Below are positions 56,351 through 64,000 of a stretch of DNA of 64,000 bases, piece after piece. The stretch covers positions 411,458-475,457 of the forward strand of contig CAVZZG010000001.1 in the NCBI GenBank assembly GCA_963779685.1, in the 5' to 3' direction. Within the stretch, counting starts at the first letter, position 1, and each line of letters begins with the position of its first letter. The notes under the pieces are model-generated. The model had not been told where the DNA came from. It made no database searches and saw nothing but the letters and a program-made list of their open reading frames with translations. The position numbers were made by a program, and so were the translations under genes. Origin of the DNA: an uncultured Actinomycetes bacterium. Its GTDB lineage: Bacteria > Actinomycetota > Thermoleophilia > Gaiellales > F1-60-MAGs149.

Positions 56351-57220
56351 CTATTCGGCGCGGGTTTCCCGCAGCACCGCGGCTTGCCGCTCTGCCTCGT
56401 CTTCCGGGATCGCGAGGGCGACGTGGAGGGTGTTGGCCGACACCTCGGGCTGGTCTCCGGGGCCGCCGAGGTCGACGGGCCACTCGACGACGCGGTTGGA
56501 GAGCCGGGGGAGGCCCTCGATCTCGACCTCGACCAGATCACCCGGTTCCATCGGCCGGCTGTTCGCCGGGGTCCCCGTCAGGATCACGTCGCCGGGCTCG
56601 AGGGTGATGAGGCGCGAGAGGTCGGCGAGCTGGTAGCGATAGTCCCAGATGATGTCGTCCTGATCGCCCTGCTGGACGATGCGGCCGTTGAGATACGTCC
56701 GCAGTGCGAACCCGTCGTCGGGGGCCCACTCGTCGGCGGTGACCATGGCGGGACCGATCGGCAGGAACCCGTCCTGTCCCTTCACGCGCAGCATCGAACC
56801 GCGGTCGGCGTGGCGGAAGTCGTGGAGGCCGACGTCGTTGGCGGGCGCGAAGCCGTACACGTGCCGCCGCACGTCCGCGATGGCGACGCCCTTCATGCGT
56901 TCGCCGACGACGACTGCGATCTCGCCCTCGTAGTTGAGGAAGCGGGCGCCCGACGGCCGCCGCAGGTCGCCCCCGTGGGCGTTCAGGGTCGTCGGGGGCT
57001 TCATGAAGTACGACGGCTCCGAGGGCATCGTCGCCACGCGGTACTCCGTCAGCCGCGACCGGTAGGTGAGATGAACGGCGATGATCTTCGACGGCACCAC
57101 GGGCGGTAGCCACACGACGTCGTCGAGAGCGACCTCGCGGCCGTCGTCGGTGCGGACGAGGCCCGCCTCGAGCGTCCCCGCCGCCGGTACTCCGTCGATC
57201 GCGATCCTGACCCGCAACAA
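56351..57220 (-). CDS. fumarylacetoacetate hydrolase (FAH) family protein
   Basis: Track ORF (TTG start). ..YFMKPPTTL.., NYEGEIAVVVGE, ..VILTGTPA.. Confidence 0.85.
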   Translation of the reverse strand: MLRVRIAIDGVPAAGTLEAGLVRTDDGREVALDDVVWLPPVVPSKIIAVHLTYRSRLTEYRVATMPSEPSYFMKPPTTLNAHGGDLRRPSGARFLNYEGEIAVVVGERMKGVAIADVRRHVYGFAPANDVGLHDFRHADRGSMLRVKGQDGFLPIGPAMVTADEWAPDDGFALRTYLNGRIVQQGDQDDIIWDYRYQLADLSRLITLEPGDVILTGTPANSRPMEPGDLVEVEIEGLPRLSNRVVEWPVDLGGPGDQPEVSANTLHVALAIPEDEAERQAAVLRETRAE

Positions 57221-57265
57221 TCCGTGTGCCTCCCGAGCGTGAGGTGGAACTGTAGAGAACCCGGG

Positions 57266-58207
57266 TCAGCGGGCGGGCTCGTCGTCGTCGAACATCCCGG
57301 AGACCATGGCCTCGCGGGCGGCGAGCGCGAGCGCCGCCAGCGAGGTGGTGAGTGCGGCCGCCGTCGCGATGCGCGCCGAGGTGGGCGCGAGGGAGGAGAG
57401 CGGGACTGCAAGCACCAGCACCTCGACGCTGGCGCTGGCCACCAGGATGCCGACGAGGGCCAGTGCGGCGGCCGTCGCGAGCCGGCTCACCGGCTGTCGG
57501 TAGCGGGCGAGGAGCCACCCGCCGAGCAGGGCCGCCGCCGTCCCTGCGGCGACCGTGACCGGCGTCGAGGCGTTCGCCAGACCGGCGGCGACCACGACGG
57601 CCGCAGTGGCCGACACGGCGGCGGTCACGGCCAGCACCGTCCGGCGCTCTCGTGTGCGCCACCCCAGCGCGGCCAGTGCGATCGCCGCGAGCAACGCGCC
57701 CACCACCCACATCCTGGAGGGTGCCGGCACCAGCGCGGCCTCCCCGAGGATCCGGCCCGCGGTACCCGCCGCATCGATCGGAACCTGCCAGGGGTGCCAG
57801 CCGGGCCCGGCCGACCGCGCCGCCGCCGCGGGCGGTACGGCGCGCTCGTCGTGCCACGCGAACTCCCTGCCGTGGGCGATCACCCGCCAGCCCGTGGCCG
57901 GCGCGTTCTTCGAGACGATCTTGAACACCCGCGCCGAGGGCGACGCCAGCGAGACCTCGACGATGCCGTCGTGAAAGCGCAGCATCGGTTCGCGGGCCAG
58001 GCCGAGGACGACGATCGGTCCTGCTCCCACCCGCAGCCGGATCCGGCCGCGGGCGAGGTCGATGGTGGCGGTGCCCGCCCCGGCCGGGGTGACCGACAGG
58101 ACGTGGCTGTCGACGGCGACCGCGACCAGTCCGGCGCTGTGCGCGGCGGCCGATGCCGGTGCCACCAGGAGCGCCGCGAGAACGATGGCGACCCCGGTCG
58201 GTCTCAC
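57266..58207 (-). CDS. hypothetical protein: signal peptide, beta-rich domain, C-terminal multi-TM region
   Basis: GTG 58207 inside track ORF 57266..58294. VRPTGVAIVLAALLVAPASAAA signal and Ala/Leu-rich TM helices in the last about 150 aa. No family recognised. Confidence 0.55.
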   Translation of the reverse strand: MRPTGVAIVLAALLVAPASAAAHSAGLVAVAVDSHVLSVTPAGAGTATIDLARGRIRLRVGAGPIVVLGLAREPMLRFHDGIVEVSLASPSARVFKIVSKNAPATGWRVIAHGREFAWHDERAVPPAAAARSAGPGWHPWQVPIDAAGTAGRILGEAALVPAPSRMWVVGALLAAIALAALGWRTRERRTVLAVTAAVSATAAVVVAAGLANASTPVTVAAGTAAALLGGWLLARYRQPVSRLATAAALALVGILVASASVEVLVLAVPLSSLAPTSARIATAAALTTSLAALALAAREAMVSGMFDDDEPAR

Positions 58208-58281
58208 GGGAGCAGTATCGCCGGGAAGGGTCCGGGCATCGGTGGCGTTCTCGCCTTCCAAGACCGCTCTTGAGAGGACCA

Positions 58282-58737
58282 GTGCTCGAAACATCCCTTC
58301 CCTGGTACGTCGCAGGGCCGATCGTCGGCCTCGCCATCGTGGTGCTGCTCGGCGCGGCGAACCGGCGCTTCGGGGTCACGGGAGGCCTCGCGGATCTCGT
58401 CGCCGGCGCGTCGTCCGGCCCGCGCCTGCTGAGCTGGCGGGTGTGGATGCTCGCCGGCATGGTGCTCGGAAGCTCCGTCTACGCGATCCTCGCGGGCGCA
58501 CCCGATGCCGGCACCGGCTACGGCTGGCTCACCGAGCATCTCGCGACGGGCGGGGCGGCGGTCGTGGTCTTCGCCGGCGGCACCCTGGTCGGCTTCGGCG
58601 CGCGATGGGCCGGTGGCTGCACGTCGGGCCACGGCCTCACCGGGGTGGCGCTCGGATCGCGGGCGAGCCTGATCGCGATCGCGACGATCATGGCAACGGC
58701 GATCGCGACGTCGCTCCTGTTCGAGGCGGTGGTGTGA
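58282..58737 (+). CDS. YeeE/YedE family (sulfur-compound transport) membrane protein, half 1
   Basis: GTG 58282 inside track ORF 58153..58737. LPWYVAGPIVG.. and the GGCTSGHG motif. Confidence 0.8.
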   Translation: MLETSLPWYVAGPIVGLAIVVLLGAANRRFGVTGGLADLVAGASSGPRLLSWRVWMLAGMVLGSSVYAILAGAPDAGTGYGWLTEHLATGGAAVVVFAGGTLVGFGARWAGGCTSGHGLTGVALGSRASLIAIATIMATAIATSLLFEAVV

Positions 58738-59183
58738 TGCGGCTCCGTCTGCTCGGTCTCGCCGTCGGCACCGTCTGCGGGTTCACGTTCGGCTGGGCGC
58801 GCCTGACCGACCCGGCCACCTTCCACCGCATGCTGACGCTGCAGTCGCCCGACATCTACCTGCTGATGGCGCTCGCCGTCGCTGTCGGCGCCGGCGGGAT
58901 GCTGCTGCTGCGGGGCAGACGCGCGCCGTTGACGGGCGAGCTGATCCTCCCGGACCGCTCGCGGCCGGAGCGCAGGCACGTGCTCGGCGGCGTGGTCTTC
59001 GGCGTCGGCTGGGCGATCGTCGCCTCGTGCCCGGGCCCGCTCGTGGCCCAGGTCGGCTCTGGACGGGTACTCGCGCTGGCCGGCCTCGGCGGCGTGCTCG
59101 CCGGCGTGCTCGTCCGCGAGCGGGTCGTGCTCACGGCGGACGCCGCAGACTCCGCCGCGGAGCCCCTTACCGACGTGGTCTAG
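58737..59183 (+). CDS. YeeE/YedE family membrane protein, half 2
   Basis: ATG 58737 overlaps the TGA of half 1 (TGATG), inside track ORF 58062..59183. ..FGVGWAIVASCPGPL.. Confidence 0.8.
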   Translation: MRLRLLGLAVGTVCGFTFGWARLTDPATFHRMLTLQSPDIYLLMALAVAVGAGGMLLLRGRRAPLTGELILPDRSRPERRHVLGGVVFGVGWAIVASCPGPLVAQVGSGRVLALAGLGGVLAGVLVRERVVLTADAADSAAEPLTDVV

Positions 59184-59644
59184 TGTCCCGCGCGGAGCCG
59201 GCGGGCCAGTTCGCCCAGCATGGCGACGGCGATGGTGGGCTCGTCCTTGAGGAGCTTCGCGAACTTCGTGCGCGCGATCTGCAGCAGCAGGGTCTCCTGC
59301 GTGGCCGTCACGTCCGCCGTCCGCGGGCCGTCGTCGATGAGCGCGAGCTCCCCGAAGTAGCTACCGGGCCCGAGCTCGACGCCGCCGGGGTCGATCCTGA
59401 CGCTCCCGTCCAGCACGACGTAGAACGTGTCGCCGCGATCGTCGCGCTTGACGATGCGCGTGTGCGTGATGACCCGGCGCAGATGGGCGAGCGACGCGAC
59501 GCGCTTGAGGTGGCGCTTGTTGAGATCGGCGAACAGGGGCACGGTCGCGAGCACGGGCACCCAGTCGCCGGCCTGGCGGCGGTCGGTGAGCGTGTCGGCG
59601 GCGACGCCGGCGGGAAGGCGGGTGGAGCCGAAGTCGGAGGACAT
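59180..59644 (-). CDS. cyclic nucleotide-binding domain protein
   Basis: ATG 59644 inside track ORF 59180..59812. ..FYVVLDGSV.., FGELALIDDGPRTADVTA (cNMP phosphate-binding cassette). Confidence 0.8.
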   Translation of the reverse strand: MSSDFGSTRLPAGVAADTLTDRRQAGDWVPVLATVPLFADLNKRHLKRVASLAHLRRVITHTRIVKRDDRGDTFYVVLDGSVRIDPGGVELGPGSYFGELALIDDGPRTADVTATQETLLLQIARTKFAKLLKDEPTIAVAMLGELARRLRAGH

Positions 59645-59697
59645 GAGAGGCGAGTCTACGCGCAGCCGCGACGCAGCGCCAGTAGGATCCCCGGCGG

Positions 59698-60498
59698 ATG
59701 CTTCCCACCACCCTACGCGAGGCAGTGCGGCTCGAGTTCCGGCGCGCCTGGACGGCTCCCTACGAGGTCCCGATCGTGGTGGCGGTGAACGGCCTCCTGC
59801 TGTGCGGCGCATGGTTCCTGCTGCCGACGGCGCTGACCGACTGGCTGTTCGCCTTCCACGGCATCTATGCCTTCCCGGTGGTGCTGTCGTCGTGGATGTA
59901 CGCCGACGTGCCCACCACGAACGTGATCGCGCCCGATCGCGACCGCACCGGCCCGGCGCTGGCGGCGCCGGCGGTGCTCCGCCGCCTGCTCTATGCCAAG
60001 AACATCGTGCTCTGGGTCCTCATCACCCCCATCTGCGCGGCCATCGCGGTGGTGCTCGGCATCTATGACGGTGTGCCCGAGGTCGCCGTGGTGACCGCGC
60101 TGATGATCGCCCTGCCGCCGCTCGGCGCCCTCGCCATCGCCGCCTGGCTGGGCATCTACTACCCCTACCACCCGCGACCGTTGCGGTGGCGCCTCGAACA
60201 TCGCCGCGCGTTCTGGCGCGTCATCGTCCGGTGGCTTGCGCTGGCACTGGCACCGTACGGCCTCGTCCCGGCGCTGACGGTGGTGATGGCCGTGCCCGCG
60301 CTGATCGCCTGGGACGCGGTGGCGCGACACGGCCTCCACGAGCCCCTCTCGGCGTCCGAGCTGCTCACGGGGTTGGTGCTGACCGCGGTCACCACGAGCA
60401 CGGTCTGGGTGGTCGGCCATCGGATCGGGGTCCGGCTGGCCTGCGGCCGCCGCCGCGCCCGGCTCGAGGCCTACCTCGCCAACCCCGACTTGGGTTAG
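59698..60498 (+). CDS. hypothetical multi-TM membrane protein
   Basis: Track ORF (ATG). About 6 hydrophobic helices. No family recognised. Confidence 0.65.
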   Translation: MLPTTLREAVRLEFRRAWTAPYEVPIVVAVNGLLLCGAWFLLPTALTDWLFAFHGIYAFPVVLSSWMYADVPTTNVIAPDRDRTGPALAAPAVLRRLLYAKNIVLWVLITPICAAIAVVLGIYDGVPEVAVVTALMIALPPLGALAIAAWLGIYYPYHPRPLRWRLEHRRAFWRVIVRWLALALAPYGLVPALTVVMAVPALIAWDAVARHGLHEPLSASELLTGLVLTAVTTSTVWVVGHRIGVRLACGRRRARLEAYLANPDLG

Positions 60499-60502
60499 CT
60501 CT

Positions 60503-61251
60503 TTAGGCCCGGCGGTAGAGGAAGACCGCGAGCGGGGCGAAGACGGCGATGAGCGCGCCGCTCCAGAGGAGGGCGACGATCACGTCGTCGTGCACCGGGA
60601 TCCCCAGCATGAGGCGGCGCACGGCGTTGCAGACCTTCGTCACCGGGTTGGCCTCGGCGAAGGTCCGCAGCCAGGGCGGCATGGTCGCCGGGATGGTGAA
60701 GATGGAGCTGGCGAACACGAACGGGAACAGCGGGATGAATCCCGCCGTGGCGGCGGTCTCCGGGTCCTTCACGAGCAGGGCGAGACAGGCGAACATCCAC
60801 GACATCGCGAAGCCGAACACCAGCACCAGGGCGGCGCCGGCGAGGACGCGCCCGCCGCCCCACTCGGGCCGGAAGCCGACCAGCAGGCCCACGGCCATGA
60901 CGACCGTGACGACGAGCACCGCGCGCATGAGGTCGGCCAGGGTGCGACCGGCGAGCATCGCCGAGCGTGCCATGGGAAGCGAGCGGAACCGGTCGACCAT
61001 GCCCTTGCTGAGGTCGTCCGCGAGCCCGATCGCCGTCGACGACGCGCCGAAGGCCGCGGTCTGGACCAGGATCCCCGGCAGCAGGTAGTCGACGTACGAC
61101 ATGCCGGGGATGGGGATCGACCCGCCGAACACGTACGTGAACAGCAGCACGAACATGACTGGCTGGATGGTCGCGAACACCAGGAGCTGCGGCGTCCGCC
61201 TGAACCGGAGGGCGTTGCGGCGGGCGACGACCAGCGCGTCGGTGACCGTCC

Positions 61252-61255
<4 letters not shown>
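60503..61255 (-). CDS. ABC-2 type transporter permease (DrrB-like)
   Basis: GTG 61255 inside track ORF 60503..61501; GTGA overlap with the ATPase stop. ..RRNALRFRRTPQLLVFATIQPVMFVLLFTYVFG.. Confidence 0.85.
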
Positions 61256-62253
<998 letters not shown>

Positions 62254-62269
62254 GGCCGAGAGCGTACCG

Positions 62270-63820
62270 TCAGGCGTGGATCCCCGACGGCTTCTGCAGG
62301 TGCGCGCGCCACGTGGTGGCCCAGCGGGCCGGGTCCTCGATGTGCCGTGGATCGAGCCGGTGGATGGGGTGGTTGTGTGGCGCCGTGCGCACGAGCTCGG
62401 GATCGCTGTAGGCCTCCTCGCAGACGCGGGCGATCACGTCGGCGAAGTTGTCGAGGTCCTCCTTGCCGTACATCTCGCCGGCCTCCGGCGTGAACGGCTC
62501 CGGCACGAGGAACGGGTGGTGGCTCTCCCAGAACGCGTCGACCCCGTAGTCGACCATCCGGTGGGCGACGTCGTGGCAGCCGATCCCGGTGTCCTCGAAC
62601 AGCTGCTGGAGGCTGAAACGCGTCATCTCCATCCGCGCGACGTCGAGCTGCGGGTGCGAGCGCGTGACGCCCCGGATCTGCAGCAGCCGGTGCTCGAGGT
62701 AGTGGTTCGCGAGCACCGACAGGTCGGAGGCCTCGTTGATGCCGTCCGTGCCCATCGCCCGCAGCCAGGCGTAGGCCCGCACGATCACCGGCACGTTGCC
62801 GAGGAACTCGCGGACCTTGCCGACTCCCTGATCGCGATCGCCGGCGAGTACGTAGCGCTGCCCGTCGTGCTCGACCAGGGGGCGGGGGAGGAACGGCGCC
62901 AGCGCCTCGGTGCACCCGTAGGCGCCGGTCGCGGGCCCGCCGCCGGCCTTGGGAGCGCCGAACGTCTTGTGCAGCATGAACATGCACGCGTCGAAGCCCA
63001 GCTCGCGCGCCGACAGCTTCCCCATCACGCCGTTGAAGTTGGCGTGGTCGTAGAAGCACAGGCCGCCCACGCCGTGGACGATGTCGAGCCACTGCCGGAT
63101 CTCGGGGTTGTAGATACCCATGTCGTCCGGATTGCCGACCATCAGCGACGCGGTGCGATCCGAGACGGCCGCTCGCAGCGCCTCCAGCTCCGGGTAGCCG
63201 TTCGGGCCCAGCGGCAGGGTGATGACGTCGAATCCGGCTGCGGCCGCGGTGGCCGCGTTGCACGGATGGGACTGGATCGTGGTGATCACCTCGCGCCGGC
63301 GCTCGAGCTCGCCCCGCGAGGCGTGGTAGGCCCGTGTCACGCAGGCGTGGGTGTACGCGGCGCCGGCGCCGCCACCGGCCTGGAAGACGAACCGCTCCAT
63401 GCCGCACAGCTCGCGCAGCATCAGATCGAGGCCGTGGATGATGGCGAGCACGCCCTGCAGCGTCGCGGGGTGCTGGTAGGGGTGCACTTCGGCGATCTCG
63501 GGCCGCGCGATCAGCGCCTCGGATACGCGCGGGTTGTACTTCATGGTGCAGGTGCCGAACAGGCTCGAGCCCATCATCCCGAGCGTCTCCTGGGACAGGT
63601 GCAGGTAGTGGCGTTGCACCTCGTGCTCGGCCAGTTCGGGCAGGGTAGGTGCCTCGCTGCGGCGCATGGCCTCGGGCACCAGCGCCCGCGCGGGCCCGAC
63701 GGCGGCCGCGATCTCCGGCTCGACCGCCCCGAACACCGTGCCGCGTCGGCCCGGGCTGCCGAGCTCCAGCACGATCGGCTCGTCCCACACGGCCGCGTGG
63801 AATCGTCGTAGCACGGTCAT
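62270..63820 (-). CDS. gcvPB: glycine dehydrogenase (aminomethyl-transferring) subunit 2
   Basis: Track ORF. ..LGSCTMKYNP-like GTCTMKYNP.., ..FMLHKTFGAPKAGGGP.. (PLP Lys). Confidence 0.9.
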   Translation of the reverse strand: MTVLRRFHAAVWDEPIVLELGSPGRRGTVFGAVEPEIAAAVGPARALVPEAMRRSEAPTLPELAEHEVQRHYLHLSQETLGMMGSSLFGTCTMKYNPRVSEALIARPEIAEVHPYQHPATLQGVLAIIHGLDLMLRELCGMERFVFQAGGGAGAAYTHACVTRAYHASRGELERRREVITTIQSHPCNAATAAAAGFDVITLPLGPNGYPELEALRAAVSDRTASLMVGNPDDMGIYNPEIRQWLDIVHGVGGLCFYDHANFNGVMGKLSARELGFDACMFMLHKTFGAPKAGGGPATGAYGCTEALAPFLPRPLVEHDGQRYVLAGDRDQGVGKVREFLGNVPVIVRAYAWLRAMGTDGINEASDLSVLANHYLEHRLLQIRGVTRSHPQLDVARMEMTRFSLQQLFEDTGIGCHDVAHRMVDYGVDAFWESHHPFLVPEPFTPEAGEMYGKEDLDNFADVIARVCEEAYSDPELVRTAPHNHPIHRLDPRHIEDPARWATTWRAHLQKPSGIHA

Positions 63821-64000
63821 CGCCCGATCACCTCCGTCATGGCTCCGACGAGCCGGTCGATGTCCGCCATCGAGTGCACCTCGGTGACGCAGTACAGGGC
63901 ACTCTGCCCGAGCTCCGGGAAGTCGGCCGAGAGGTCCTTGCCGCCGAAGATACCGTGTCGGCGGAGCCCGTCATCGATCTCCGCCACGGTCTTGCCGGTG
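63817..64000 (-). CDS. gcvPA: glycine dehydrogenase subunit 1, C-terminal fragment (gene continues beyond window)
   Basis: Manual translation of the minus strand: ..TGKTVAEIDDGLRRHGIFGGKDLSADFPELGQSALYCVTEVHSMADIDRLVGAMTEVIGR*. ATGA overlap with the gcvPB start. Confidence 0.75.
   Translation of the reverse strand, partial: TGKTVAEIDDGLRRHGIFGGKDLSADFPELGQSALYCVTEVHSMADIDRLVGAMTEVIGR

Overview
Very GC-rich, gene-dense chromosomal segment. Third codon positions are almost all G/C. Gene content looks actinobacterial: DUF1918, FprA-type ferredoxin reductase, DrrAB-like and ABC-2 transporters, many GTG/TTG starts, and frequent 4-nt start/stop overlaps. The taxon is an inference only. I call about 60 protein-coding loci and find no rRNA, tRNA, CRISPR array, transposase or integrase. 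Main blocks, in order: (1) 1-4.6 kb, a lipid-modification operon (oxidoreductase, DUF1365, CFA-synthase-type methylase, His-box desaturase, MFS). (2) 4.6-8.4 kb, a small TM protein, a methyltransferase-like protein and a membrane sulfatase-fold enzyme. (3) An ABC-2 transporter, then gadB with a YrhK-like membrane protein. (4) 13-16.8 kb, a minus-strand unit of AmiS/UreI channel, secreted protein, GH4 glycosidase and a stand-alone LanC-like protein. (5) A dimethylglycine-dehydrogenase-like, DUF2520 and SDR operon. (6) An eRF1-like protein next to a multiply frame-broken small conserved gene. (7) An SPFH/NfeD pair. (8) 25.4-31 kb, a hydrolase, P450, ferredoxin, FprA, Asp/Glu-racemase-fold enzyme and 5-aminolevulinate-synthase homologue. 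(9) An ABC exporter and an amidase. (10) 34-47.7 kb, a large alpha-glucan cluster (malQ, glgX, glgP, glgB, glgA, glgC) with passenger genes. (11) A 366-nt intergenic island with four hairpin repeats. (12) DUF1918, a secreted paralogue, a C25 gingipain-type protease and an arginase-fold enzyme. (13) Transporters, an FAH-family enzyme, a YeeE/YedE pair, a cNMP-binding protein, DrrAB-like genes and gcvPB/gcvPA. Most notable observations: the hairpin-repeat island with compensatory stem changes; the GH4-LanC-like coupling; the P450/ALA-synthase neighbourhood; and a window-wide pattern of at least 11 frame-breaking or nonsense lesions in 7 otherwise well conserved genes. Five of those lesions sit in one 411-nt gene. 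Most are repairable by removing one base, and none lies in a homopolymer. All family calls come from motif recognition by eye; no searches were run.
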